The notes under the pieces are model-generated. The model saw only the letters and a list, made by a program, of their open reading frames with translations. It was not told the origin of the DNA and made no database searches. Of a DNA stretch of 64,000 bases, positions 1 through 12,640 are shown piece after piece (the stretch's first letter is position 1; the number at the start of each line of letters is the position of its first letter). A program made the translations under genes and the position numbers. The DNA comes from Monocercomonoides exilis PA203 (taxonomy: Eukaryota; Protista; Preaxostyla), in the NCBI GenBank assembly GCA_001643675.2, contig LSRY02000002.1, forward strand, positions 1,054,001 to 1,118,000, read 5' to 3'.

Positions 1-19
1 TCCAAATCACAAATCATAT

Positions 20-289
20 GGGGAAAAATACGGACTTTCAAGCTTTTTATGCACAAAGCATGAAAAAAATGTTTGACATTCAACATTATTAAACTTTATC
101 AGATATCAAAAAATAATTTTGATTTTCATAACTGAAAACAAGCATCGTTGATATAACAATAATATGTTTTGGGATCTCACATGTGAATCAAAAAAGAAAC
201 ACATATTTTTCATATTTTTCTACCACAAAAAGTTTATCTGAGGTGCGAAAATTTTCAATGAATATGCCTGAAGTCAAATATTATGTCCC
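20..289 (+). mobile_element. MITE family B (270 bp), TSD ATAT
   Basis: Starts GGGGAAAAATACGGACTTTCAAGC, ends AAATATTATGTCCC; ATAT at 16-19 and 290-293; five further copies in the window. Confidence 0.9.
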
Positions 290-539
290 ATATTATGAAT
301 AATTTGGAAGATTTTGCATGAAAATGTGGGTGATTTTTTTTTGAGATGATAATATCGTTCAATGTTTGAACTTTTTTTGAATTTTCGTGGGACAACCTTT
401 TTAATGCATGGGAAATAAATTTATATGATAAAAAAATCATTTTCTGTAATATTTTTAAAACGCAAATTTGGATTGATTCAATTTTCCAAAATAACCATAA
501 TTGTTCACAAATTAAGCATTTTCTTTTTGTGCTGAGTAT

Positions 540-900
540 TATTCGGTCGTGCAAACTTTTTGATGTTCGAAGAATAAAAATTTTCAATCTTTTATAAGTT
601 TCATTTTCTCAAAATCTTTAATTGTTCATGAACACACATGAATGGAAGCTTTTTATTCTTTTCAAATTTTAAAAGATTTCTTGAGATTAGCAATATAGCA
701 ACGACAACAAACATAGAAGATAAGAAGAAGAATTTGAAGTTTCCACAAGTGTCACATTCTGGCAATAATTTTGTTTTTGATTTTTGATGATCTAAACTTT
801 TTTGCATCTTATTATTTTCCATCTTTTCATTAGTCTTTTATTTCATGCAGCATCTAACATACAAAATATATTTCTATCATTGTGTTTGCAACAAATAGCT
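540..900 (-). pseudogene. Possible Sola-like transposase fragment
   Basis: KSKTKLLPECDTCG followed by HEQL resembles the KKKTDLCEIC...H..A..QR region of the Sola2-like relics here; catalytic motifs not clearly seen. Confidence 0.3.
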
Positions 901-1419
901 TTAATCTTTGTAATGATTAAAATTTCTGTTTTTTATTGAAAATTCATTAATTTGTTTTTAACCTTTGACATTCAATGACATAGTTAATGAACGATTGAAA
1001 AATTCAAAGCCGAAAAGAATGAATGAATCTTTCGAACAATTAAAAGGGGATATCGTTTTATTAATTGAAGTTCAAAGGAAAAAAAATATGAAGAAAAAAA
1101 AATCAAGATTAGGAAACGATTTGAGAAGAAAATATTAAATGAAAGATGCTTGAGGTTTTTAAGTTGAATTCACAAATTTATGGAAATAGAATGGTTGCAT
1201 AAAAAGAAGATTATAGGATAGAAGTTGAAGGGAAAAAAAATAAAGATAGAAGAAAAAGAAAGAAGAATAAGAAAAGAGAAAAAAAAGAAAAGAAAAGAAA
1301 TGTTGAAGTTTAAAGAAGAAGAAGAAGGCGAGGAAAGAAGGAAAAGGAGAAGGAGATAAAGAATAGGTGAGAAGATGAAGAAGAAGAAAGAGGAAGAGCA
1401 GGGTTTGTGGAAGAAGAGA

Positions 1420-2700
1420 CGTTAGCAAAAACATTTTGAGTTTAACATAAAGATAATCTTCCATTTGAAGAAGAAGAAGAAGAAAGAGAGGAGAGAAGAA
1501 GAAAGAGAAATTAAAAAAGAAGAAAAAAATAAAAAGAGGAAGGAAGAAGAAGAAGAGAGAATCAAAGAAGTTCTTGGAAATGGTGCAGGCTGATTAGCAG
1601 AGTTATCATTACAATTTTGTTTTGACTGTCCAGCCAGCATTCTTCCATTACCAATGTCTCTTTCTTTGAGCGAGTGCAGCACACTTTCGTCGTCCATACA
1701 CAGCTCCTTCCTCTTTTCTCTTTCGATTGCTGCTTTCTCCTTCTCCTTCCGCTCCATCTCCAACGCCTTCTCCAGCGGTGTCTGCAGTTGCGAGTGCACT
1801 CTCGTTCTCTTCAGCTCTGCCACAGCCACCGAACAAGCAGAAGACGCCTTAAGAGCTTCACTTCCGAACACACCATTACATGGCCAAAGTTCGGAGAAAG
1901 CGGATAATCGTCATTGCTTTCGTCGTTCTTCCAATTTTTTTTTTTTCGAAAGCATTGCCAGCTACGCCTAATGCTCCTCTCTCTCTTTCTCCTTCTCTGC
2001 CTTCCTTCTCTCCACTTCCTCCACGGTTCTCAGAATTTCCTCTTTTCACGTGTTTTCCTCTTCGTTCAGCATTTTTCCATACAAAAACTGCACATTGATC
2101 ACAAACACACTTCTCACAACTGCTGCTTCGCCTTTCCCATCAGCCATAATTTTTTTCTTCCTCAACAAAAGCACTCTTTCCTTCGCATTGTACTCGATAT
2201 CTGCTTCTTCCTCATACACTCCACTCACTCCAAACACACCCCATTTTCTTCTCATAAGTTCCGCAATGCCTTTTTCTTTACTTCACTCTCTTTCTCCAGA
2301 TGCACCCAGGTCGCAGTCTCTCTATCTCTCTCCTCTCATTCCTCCTTCCTTTCTTGATGCCTTCGTTCGTTCTTTGTCCATTGCTGCCTCCGTGTTCTGC
2401 TTTAGCTTCGCCTGAAGAGACTGCAGATGGCTTGTATTCAGTGTCTGCGCACCCGAACTGCCTCTAACAGACAGAAGATTGCCTGTTGAGAGACCCTTCC
2501 GAGTGAAGGGAGACTAACCACGTAGTATACCACCATGGAAGAAGATAGAGGAAGTTGAGAATGAGTAGGAAGAAGAAGAAATGGATGAATTGGCAGCGGC
2601 AGCAGCAGGAGGAGGAAGAGGAAGAGGAAGAGGAAGAGGAAGAGGAAGAGGAGGAGGAGGAGGAGGAGAAGAAGAAGAAGATGTTAAGATAATATAACAG
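1420..2700 (-). pseudogene. Decayed host coiled-coil/Ser-rich protein gene
   Basis: GC-richer island with Glu/Lys-rich ORF pieces (1422-1871, 2046-2255) broken by stops and frameshifts; same style as the gene at 60190-63948. Confidence 0.5.
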
Positions 2701-2840
2701 AAGGAAGTTTGAAAAAGGTTGAATGAAGCGAAATGGAACATAAATTTATAGGAAAAGAAATTGAGTGGAAAAGATAAATGGCGTGGATTTGATGACAATT
2801 AGCACGTAAATTTTCTATTATAATTTGTTCACCAAAAATT

Positions 2841-2937
2841 ATTCAAAGTCGAAAAACTGTTAATTAAAGTCGGAAAACTTTCATTCAAAGTCGAAAATTT
2901 ATTTTCGAAGTCGAAAAACTTTCAAACGAAATCGAAT
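2841..2937. repeat. Degenerate ~21-bp tandem repeat with core AAAGTCGAAAA (about 5 copies)
   Basis: AAAGTCGAAAAACT, AAAGTCGGAAAACT, AAAGTCGAAAATT, GAAGTCGAAAAACT, GAAATCGAATATT in succession. Confidence 0.7.
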
Positions 2938-3287
2938 ATTTTTTTTTTTCAATGAAAAAGAGTTAATTTATGTTATTAATTTCTGGCAAATAATTTATTA
3001 TTTTTAATTCCTTTTTATTTTCAAATTGAAATGTTAGAAAATTATTGTTTTCAAAATAAAAATCAAAGTGAAGAAAAGAAAACAATAAAAAAGAAAAACT
3101 TAACTCGAAAACAAAGAAAAGAAAAATATAAAGAAATTTTTATTTATGACTAATCAACATAAAAATTCAATTCATTTTGAAGATCTTGTGATTATTGATG
3201 AAAAGAGTTTGTTTCAGGAATTTCAATCAACGGAGAAAATGTTTCTTCTTCTAACAAAGAACTGATATAATAATTTTCATGAAAATG

Positions 3288-4253
3288 TTAAAAAAATCTA
3301 GAAGAAATAATAAATGAAGAAGAAGCTGAAGCAGAAGCAGAAGCAGAAGAACATGGCACAATTTGAACATCGTCGCTTTCAAGCACAATTTCTTCAATGA
3401 ACAATTTATAACACTTCGCTGGAGAACTTTTGTTCGAATCACTGAGGTTTATTTTTTGATGTGCCAAAGGAAGAAAATTGAATTGAACCATGTTAATGCA
3501 TTTTAATACGTCCATTCGAGTAATATCATCCAACTTCTGATAAAGATGCTCAATTAACTTCTTGTTATTTTTAATCGAAGAAGAGATCTTCAGTCGAGCT
3601 TTCCACATCCCAAACACATATTCAATAGGATTTAATTCGCAACTATTTGGTGCAGTGTATAAGATGCCGTAGTTCTTTGAAGTGATCAGATTAATCACTG
3701 CCTCTGTTTCATGCAGCCCCACATTATCCATCACTAATAAGAATGATTCCCTTCCATGAGATTGAAGTTTCTCCATTAACGATAATAGGAATACTCTAAA
3801 ACTTTGGTCATTTACGCTTCCTTCGACAAACGTGACATGCTCAATTCCAGAAAGTTCACTTATCGCTGTAATTGCTGTGACAGTTTCTATTTTCGCTTTC
3901 TCTCTGTACTGTATACACCGTTTTCCAACTGGTGAGCGACATTCTGTTCTCAGTTCTAAGGTATTGAATCCAGTCTCATCAATGGAAACGAACGTTCTTC
4001 CTTCCATTTGATGATGTGTGTATTTTCTGACATATTCTTTATTTTGTTTTAATGTTTTTTCATCAGCTCTTGCATTTTCATATGTTCGCAACCTTTTCAC
4101 AGAGAAAACAGGACATCCATGATCTATCATTTTATCCGATTTCAAATGGTGACCAATTGAAGACACAGAAGGTTTTGATTTGCATAAGCCACCCACTGAA
4201 TCAGCTAATTCTTTGGAAGTTTCAGTTGTGTTCCTCAGGAATATTTCGACCAT
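3288..4253 (-). mobile_element. Tc1/IS630-family DD34E transposase; catalytic domain open, N-terminal part (to ~4726) disrupted
   Basis: FVSIDETGF, LLVMDNVGLH, TAPNSCELNPIEYVFGMWK; 34 residues between second D and E. Confidence 0.9.
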
Positions 4254-4780
4254 TTTATTTGATGCCTCTTTTGAAATCTTTTCGTTAACCTTTCCTCCTC
4301 GTGGCTTTTATGGCTTTTCTTCTCGTACGATAACTGAAGCTGTGGATATGCTAATATTGTATTTCTTTGATAGATCTTACAGAGTTTTTCCATCTTTGTG
4401 ATCTTTCTTCAACAATTCTCGAACGTTTTCGGATAGTTGAACATATTGTTTCCCATTTTTCTTTTCTTCCTTAATTTCAATTGTCTTTTTTATTCGTCCT
4501 CTTTTCCTTTTAACCTATTTGTCTCACATTGCAGGAACGGTAACTGGTCAGTCTGTTCGGTCTCAGGAATATGTTCGTCTGTAGGAGGAATTTCCTTTGA
4601 TTTTTCTTTAATAATTTAATTTGATTCTTTTGATGCTCTATTTTATTTTGAAATCATCTTGTCGGATGAATGATGTAAAGAAGATTTTTCAATCATTTCT
4701 TGTAATTCTTGAACGCTTTTCTTCATTTTTGGAAATTCTGAATTTATAGGTTCGATATGTTTTTCCCTTATTTTTTATAT

Positions 4781-5035
4781 GGGTGATTATTTTTGAAATC
4801 ATATCTTTTTTTGGCAAATCGATTTTTCATAGATTAAAAATTTTTTTGAAGAGATTTTGTGATCAAATGCTGAAAATATCACAACTGTTTTGAAAACAAA
4901 TATTTTAACCTTATCAAAGATAAAATTGTCTTCAATAAGCTTCTTCACTTTTCACTGTTTCTTGGTTAACATTAAAGATTAATTTTTGAACCAAAAATTT
5001 TGAATGAAAAAATTTGATTTCAAAAATAATCACCC
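4781..5035. mobile_element. MITE family A (255 bp), TSD ATAT
   Basis: TIR GGGTGATTATTTTTGAAATCA / TGATTTCAAAAATAATCACCC; ATAT on both sides. Confidence 0.9.
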
Positions 5036-5167
5036 ATATTTCAAAAAAATAAAGCATGATTTTGTGGGATTTACTCCCCATGTCACCCACCAGTTTCCTT
5101 TGGAAGTTAAATAAAGGAGAGATCGTTCAATTTCCCCCTTTCAGAAACATGTGGCATATTAATGCAT

Positions 5168-5405
5168 TGGAAATTCATTTTGAAAAGTCGCATATGTTTA
5201 ATATTCTAATAAATCAAAAATTTCATATTTTTCTAAATATTTTGTTTACAAATATCAAACTTTACTAAAATGGAATCTATTTCTTGATAATGCTATTTCA
5301 AACATTCTTGAGGAGATTTGTGAGCTGAAACAGAAATTTGAGCAAAATATTAAAATTTTGAAGTATTTGAAAACAAAACATTTGTGACTTCAAAAAGAAT
5401 AATAC
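5168..5405 (-). mobile_element. MITE family C (degenerate)
   Basis: Reverse complement aligns with 13662-13900 (GAAAAGTCGCA, TGGAATCTATTTC, GATAATGCTATTTCA, CAGAAATTTGAGCAAAA). Confidence 0.7.
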
Positions 5406-5429
5406 AATGTTTTTTAAGAAAAAAGAAAA

Positions 5430-6440
5430 TGATTATTGAAAATTCAAAAAAGAATTTATTTTTTGAAATGAAGAATGATATAGATATTTAAATGGCTAAT
5501 CCCACTTTTTGCAAAAAAACAACAAAATATTATTAAAAAAAACGAAAAGGAGAACTGATTTGCGTGATGTGTTCGAGAGAGAAAATATTTTGGAGAAGAA
5601 AAAATTGAATGGAAAAAAAAAAAACATGTCTTTAAGTCATAAAGAAATGGAAGAAAAGGAATTGATAGAAAAACATTAAAAAAAATTGATCAATGTCATT
5701 TAAAATATTTTCATTTATCAAGAAAGAGAACGATAAAAATTAAGTTTCCATTATAATGAACTTCATAGAAAATTGGGCATTACCCATTATGAAGAATGAA
5801 ACTGGTTGTAGTTTTTACCACAAAAAACAAAAAACTTATTAACGTTTAATTGTAAAAAAAAGTTTATGTGTTTAACACTTAGGAAAAACATTGTTTTTAT
5901 TTTTTTCGGAAATTTTATCTTACTATTTTCGAATTGTTTGTGAATGTTTTACTCTTTTATTAAAAGTTTTGTTTTATACGAATATGTTATTTTTCTCTCA
6001 TTTTTTGTGATAATGTACCTCATTTTAGAAACTCTAATATCCTTCATTTTTTGTTTTCAAATTCTTCTCCTTTATTTTATCATAAAAAATGTTCTTTATC
6101 GTTTTTTGCTGAGCATTACAATAAAAAAATGGGGGAAAATATGGACTTTCAAGCTTTTTATGCACATCGCATGAAAAAATTGTTTCACTTATAACATTTT
6201 TAAACTTGACCAGATTTCAAAATAAATTTTATTTTCATATCAGTCAACAAAAGTGAATGATTTAGCAACATTATATTTTGTGATCTCAAACGAATTCATA
6301 AAAATGAACAAATTTTGTTGAAAAATTATGATCACAAATAGTCTATCAAAAGTGCATAATTTTTCAATGAAAATGCCTGAAGTCAAATATTTTGTCCCAA
6401 ATGATTTCGACAGCGTATCTTATCATATGACTAATTTGCT
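5430..6440 (+). pseudogene. Sola2-like transposase relic interrupted by a MITE B
   Basis: RTDLRDVFER, IIMNFIENWALPIMKNETGCSFYHKKQ, FCDNVPHFRNS, FFAEHYNK then, after the MITE, NDFDSVSY; collinear with the relic at 31030-31930. Confidence 0.8.
6131..6398 (+). mobile_element. MITE family B (268 bp), TSD AAAT
   Basis: GGGGGAAAATATGGACTTTCAAGC...AAATATTTTGTCCC; non-palindromic AAAT duplicated on both sides. Confidence 0.92.
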
Positions 6441-6444
6441 AAAA

Positions 6445-6685
6445 GTCAAAATTTTTTGAAAAGTTCTTTTTGTTAAATTTTCAGGTGAAAATAAAAAACG
6501 AATATTTTCATCAATTTTTCATTCCAACTCACCAAAATATATTTGTTTGTGAATAATAACATTATCAAGCATTAATCCACATGTTTGAATATTTTTATGA
6601 GTTGGAATTAAAATTTGACAAAAATATTCCTTTATCAATTTCTCATGAAAATAAAACAGAAGGAACAAATCAAAAAAAATTTGAC
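6445..6685. mobile_element. MITE family C (241 bp)
   Basis: GTCAAAATTTTTTGA...TCAAAAAAAATTTGAC long imperfect TIR; shares AATAACATTATCAAG core with 8745 and 18727 copies. Confidence 0.7.
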
Positions 6686-6749
6686 AAATATTAATGGATT
6701 ATGAATAAACAAAAGCTTTTTCCATTTCGAATAAAAAACAAGTTTCTGA

Positions 6750-7450
6750 CATATATGCATTTACGCACATTTGTTTGAAAAATGTCTTGCAATAAAATAG
6801 TTCAATTTTCCTTTATATAGCTTGGAGAGGATACATATTTCATTCTTTAATCAAACCTTTTGGATCGACAATTATTTAAATAGATGCATAGTTCTTTAGA
6901 TTCTTTTTGCTTGAGCTTTTGTTTCAAAATACCAAAAATGTTTTTTTTTTTTTTGGTTTCAAATTTTATTCCAAGAACGATATTTGTTCAATTCATAGAT
7001 TTTTCATCAACAATTTGTTGTATTTATTGTTTTCTTTTGAATATGTTCTTTTATTGAGGAATGCATTACTTCTCTTGTTCTGTCTAAAACTGAAAGAAGA
7101 AACAATTTTGACTTAAAACCTTTTTTCTTTAGCCTTTCAATCCCTCATTATATCCAATTTTGGTTTTTGATTCTCCCTCTGTTGTATTTTCTTTTCGGGA
7201 AAACATTTTCATCAACTTCCACTTCTTTTCCCAAATTTCCAAAAATGAAATGATTTTCTACCAAACGTTGTGAAAAACATCTTCGAAATTAAGTGAACAT
7301 TTGTGCAATTGTGATATCTGATTTTCCTGAAATAATAGCACTATGTGATGAAGACATTCCAACTCAAAAATTCAAAGCTATGAAACACGGGTTTCTGACT
7401 TCATTTCAAACTTTTCATAATTTGAATTTTTCAACAATTATCAATATTTA
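6750..7450 (-). pseudogene. Merlin (IS1016/IS1595-like) transposase relic
   Basis: Minus strand near 7240-7130 reads GNLGKEVEVDENVFPKRKYNRGRIKNQNWI**GIER, matching Merlin VEIDES.F.KRKYNRGR...WVFGGIER; then V.DR...I..HI and VDP. Confidence 0.85.
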
Positions 7451-8744
7451 AATAAAATTCATCTTTTTTTCAAAAAATGTGAAAATACAAATGATAAATT
7501 TTGCAACAAATCTTCATTCCAACATTCAAAAATTCCTTATCTCAAACACAAATGAAAGAAAATATTGCTATTTCTGTTCTTCAAAATCAAGATAATTAAC
7601 TTAAAAATTTGATCCTTAAAATACAGTATATTAATATATGAAAACAACCAACAATCTGAAAATTAAAAAAAATTTTCATTTCTCGATTTTTTACGATTTA
7701 TTTCAAGAAACATCAAAAAAATCATAAAATGAAAACAAAAATTTATTCAAACAATACACAGAATTAAAAAATTCGAAAGTTAAACCTAAATAGAAATAGA
7801 ATTTTTAATCTAAATATCCAACTAATAATCGTTAAAAACTTTCAATACAAAAATTGTTTAATAATCACTCCACGAAAAAATTAACACATTTAATCAGATA
7901 TGCGATTAATTATCAAATTTCGTTGTTTGTTTCGATATTAGTTGTTATATCCATTCTTTATTCATAAAATAATTCTAAACGATTTTTGAAATTATTATTT
8001 CTTTTGAGACTAATCACATAAAGTCTAGATATAATACATTTATGATTATTTTCATATATCAATATATTTACTGAAGGAATTAATTTTGAAAACCAGATAA
8101 ATAAGAAATATCATATGTTGCGAATTAGTGAAAGTTTTTTAAGTTTTTTATTGTTGTGATTATGACATTTGAAACGTTAAAGATTGTGAAATAATATAAT
8201 ATGATAAACTATTTTATTTTTTTTAATTTTTCGTATTATATACAAAATTGAAGTCAAAAATCATTTTTCTTGATCAGAAAAATGATTTGAAAATGATAAT
8301 TGAAGAATTTGACTTTTATTCATGTATCACGCATCCTTTTTTGAAGTTGAAATGATAAGTTTCTTTTAAACGTGTTTGAATATGAACATATTTTAAATAA
8401 ATTCTATATTTTGGCAACATTTTTAATTTTTATTTGCAAAACGAAATAGTTTTTTTATGAGAAATAAACTAAAATTTGTTGTTATTTAGACAAATAGTGT
8501 TTCAATGAACAGAAATTCAAGTGATTGTGATAATGTTTTTAAAATTATCATTATAATTCTTTTTTCAAGTGAATATGAAAATGAAATTTTTATTTCAAAA
8601 TTCTAGTTTTTATTCCCCAAATTTTTCAATTATTGTCGAAAAAGCTTGATAAAGTTCTAATATTCTTTTTTGTGAAATTTCGTGAGGAGACATGAAATTC
8701 AAAGGAAAATATTCAATAGATGTGAAAAATTTTGTTGTGTTTGT

Positions 8745-8984
8745 GACAAAATTTTTTTGCAAAGTTTTTTTTTATTAATTTTTAAATAAAATAAAAATTT
8801 CAAATTTCGATCAAATTTCTGTTTTCTCTTACGAAATCACGCCTTAACGGATAAAATAACATTATCAAGAATTTGTTTCAATGGCAGCAAAATTTGGTGA
8901 GTGGGAATGGAAATTTGATCGAAATATGAAATTTTTTCTTTATTTGAAAATTAAACAAAAAGAACTTTTCAAAAAAATTAAGAC
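8745..8984 (+). mobile_element. MITE family C (240 bp)
   Basis: About 70-bp imperfect TIRs; interior nearly identical to 18727-18966. Confidence 0.85.
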
Positions 8985-9007
8985 GTATTATATATGAAAA
9001 TGTAATT

Positions 9008-9263
9008 GGGTGATTATTTTTGTATTCATGTTTTCTCTATCAATATTTTCGGTTTAAGAATCCACTTTTAATGATGAAAAATGAACACAGAAAAGTTAGT
9101 ATTCATTGCAAAAAATTTTTTCTTGAATACGATCTCAAACATTGTTATTTCGAACAATCATCATTCATTTATTTCTTTTGAATGTGTAAACAATCTTCAA
9201 AGAAATTAAGCCTTTGAAGAAACAACACCCAGAAAAAAGTTGTGATATCAAAAATAATCACTC
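9008..9263 (+). mobile_element. MITE family A (256 bp), TSD AATT
   Basis: GGGTGATTATTTTTG...CAAAAATAATCACTC; AATT on both sides. Confidence 0.88.
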
Positions 9264-9599
9264 AATTTGTTTGATAATTTGCTTCGTATTTTTGAAAGTG
9301 AACATTGTTAAATGATAACACCATCAAAAATAAATTAAAATTAAAATTAAAATTAAAATAAAAAATAATAAAAAAATATAAAGGAATAAAAAATTTTGAA
9401 ATGAATGAATCTCAAATGTTTTATTATGAAACAAATGCAATTCATAAAAATTAAAATTCATTTTTTCCAATATTTTAAAAAGAAAAATTACAAATTCAAT
9501 ACTTGGAGATTGACTGTGATTTCGAAATAAAACACCTATATTCATTTTCATGAAAAAAATAATCTAAATAAAAATTCTTTAATGTTCATATTATTATCA

Positions 9600-12500
9600 C
9601 AAGGGTGATATAGGAGGAACGATCAAAAAGGATTTATCGAAATTATTCATTCAGAGCAGCAACAGAAATAAGAATTGACTTCTTTATTGAAAAGTTAACT
9701 GAGAGACAGGAATATTTCTTGAAAGAGGCTTGGCAATAGTCCAAGCTTAAATATTCGATTTCAAGGAAAACACCTTCGTTTCTTCAATGAAGATACTGGT
9801 GAGAGAGAAGACAAAGAAGTATCAGGTGAGATTGAGTTTTTCTCTTTGTTGAACAAAACAACAGTTCATGCAAAGAGCTCATTATTCTTTAACGATCACA
9901 AAAATATTGTTCGGAAGAAGAAGGAGCCAGAGCCAGTGAGGCAGAAGAAAAAGGATGAGATTCCAGGATTGGATTTGCAAAGGAAAGAATATTAGAATAG
10001 AAGAGGACGAGGTTCATTCTTCTATCTTTTAGAATGGAATCGAATTGGAGGAGAGAACATTATCAATAAAGGGGTGCAGGCAATGTGGAAGAGCAAGCAA
10101 GCCAAAAAATCACTCAGCCAAACGGAGTTCAGAGAAGGGGCATTGCTTTTCAACCTGCAAAAGACGACACATGAGTTCAGGAAAATTTAAGAAGAAAAGC
10201 AAAGCTCTTGTGTTGTTTGACAGATCGAGGAAGAAAAAAAGAATCGCAGGAAAAATATGTTCCTTTTTTTGAAGAAATCAGATAGCATGAGACAAATTCT
10301 TAATCATTTGAAATTGAACTCAGAAATAAAATGAAAACATATAAAGAGCGAAGTTGAGAAAACAGTGGAAGAATTGACAAAGAAGTTTAATTTTGTAATG
10401 TTTCTCAATCAAAATTATTCCACCATTTAATCCTTGTTTCAAAAGAACAAATGCCCTATCTTGCTTTTTGATTCATGGAAAAAGATTACACCTTCAAAGG
10501 AATGCTTTTCGGCTTTGTCGATGCACAGCTCCTGTTCACACATTTTATGAGGAAAGTGATAGTGGAGATAAGAAGAAGAAAGGATGTCAGAGTCATTGTC
10601 CATATGGACGATCTTTTTTTTCTTCATCAAGATCAAGTAGAAATAAAATTGATTCGAAAACCATCTTGTTTTGAGAAAGCCATGGTCTTCAGATCAATAA
10701 GAAGAAGTGCAACCTCATTCTGAGATCGCAGTTCAGCTTCATGGGATTCGAATGGAAAACAACCAGCTTCGATGTTTGCCTAATGGAGGAAAGAAGAAAG
10801 GCATTGCGAGAGCTGTGTCGCTCGTGGGAGAGAAAGTGGATTAGAGTCAAGACCGTCAGAGTGTAGGATCTCGCATCATTCGTGGGAATGCTCAACTCCA
10901 GGCGCTTCGTTCTTCCAGACGCATCTTTGCATCTCCAATCAATCTTCGAATTGTTGCAGAAAGGAGTTACGACAGGCGGATGGGGTGGAATGATGTGGCT
11001 GAATGAGTCAATCCTCCAACAAATAAGAAAATGGAGATGGACATTGATGAAGAACCCCAGACGCAGACTAACTCCAGTGTTTATTCCAGAAGCAGTGCTA
11101 ACCACACACGCATCAGAAAGCTCCTGGGGAGCAACCCTCAGACTAAACAGAATGTCACTAGATTGTCACAGTCGTTTTCCATTCGCGGTGAAAAACCAAT
11201 CATCCAACTACAGAGAACTAAAAGCAGAAGAACTTGCGTTTACTCACTTTGCCCCAATCCTATCAGAAAGTCGGATATCACAGCTACAGCTTTGTTCAGA
11301 CAATTCGGCAGTCGTTTTCAACGAAAACAGATGGAATGCAGGAAAAAATCTTCGCCAGACATTCAAAAGGATGTGGACATTGAAGGAGAAACTGAAAATA
11401 GTCCTGAAAGCAGTTCATTTCCTCGGATTGCGGAACACAAGAGCTGATGCTTTATCCCGCATGGAAAGAACAGGAGACAACAAAATTACAGACGAAAAAC
11501 TTTCTTGGATTCCAGTTGTGCTTCAAGTATCTCCAACGCTGGACGCATTTGCAGCTCAACACAACCACAAGGTCGAGCGTTGGTGCGGAATAGGAAGCCC
11601 ATTGGGAGAACACGGTCTAGCATGTCCATGGAATAACGAGTGCGCTCTGACACACCCCCCAGTTCCTCTGATTCCAATGAAGATTAAGAAGGCACAGAAG
11701 GAGAGAGTACCAGAAGTATTACTCCTGCCGAACTGGAAGGGGCAGAACTGGGATATGTTATTGGAGAAGACTCCTCATCGGACATTCGAATGGAGGAATC
11801 TGAGAACAGTCCTGAAAAGGCGCCGATTTATGAGGAAAAATTGAATTACTCCTTCCACCAGGATGATTAAGAATTGTATTGATTAATCATTTCGAGGAAA
11901 ATGTGAGAGATGGTGGAGAAGGGAATTGGAAGAAAGATCTTTCCCAGTTTCATTGGCAGAGGAGTGCAAATCGGGAATTGCTCAGTCGACTTGGAACGGA
12001 TACTTATTCGGCTTCGCACACTTTGGAGAACAGTGGGAAAAGAGTGATATGGGTTAAATTACAGACGATGTTCACAATTTGGCGGTTGGGTGAACAAAAT
12101 CCATTATTTCTCTTCAAGATATTGAAATGCAATTTTCATGTTTTCTTTTGATTCTCTCATCTGTTTCGTTCCTCACAAATATGATTCAAAATATTTTCTT
12201 GAGAGGTTTTACAACACCAAAGTTATTATTCAGAAGATTTTAGAGAACAAAAAAGAATAGAAAAAAGGAGATCCAATAAGCCTGGAATAAAATACCGTTT
12301 TGGAATAAATTGCAGATAACGGTGAGAATGAAAAGTTGAGTTTCAAACATCTCACGATGAAATCTATCATTCAAACTATGTTATCCACATTGTGCAAATT
12401 AACGGATTTGGAAAGAGAAGGCATGGAAAGATTCAGATTCGAACAGGAAGGCATAATGCTTTGTTCAAGGTTAAAGACATCGCTTTTCCAAACATAGATT

Positions 12501-12640
12501 TCTGTTCCATCTATAAACGAAAACATTTCTATATGATTAGCTTTAGTTATTCAGGTTTTGTAGGAAGAGACTCAGAAAAGAAGATCAGATAAAAAGAAAC
12601 TTCTTCTGAGCGCAGTGATTATGTGTCCACATTCTATCTA
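9600..12640 (+). mobile_element. DIRS-type tyrosine-recombinase retrotransposon, decayed (copy 1)
   Basis: RT (YTFKGMLFG, VIVHMDDL); RNase H (LTTHASESSWGA, SSNYRELKA, SDNSAVV, NTRADALSR); methyltransferase-like (LDAFAA, THPPVPLI); YR remnant after ~11900; many frameshifts. Confidence 0.85.

Noticed and set aside
10045-11844. Retron, DGR or group II intron RT
   Set aside because: RT is followed by RNase H, MT and tyrosine recombinase, the DIRS layout
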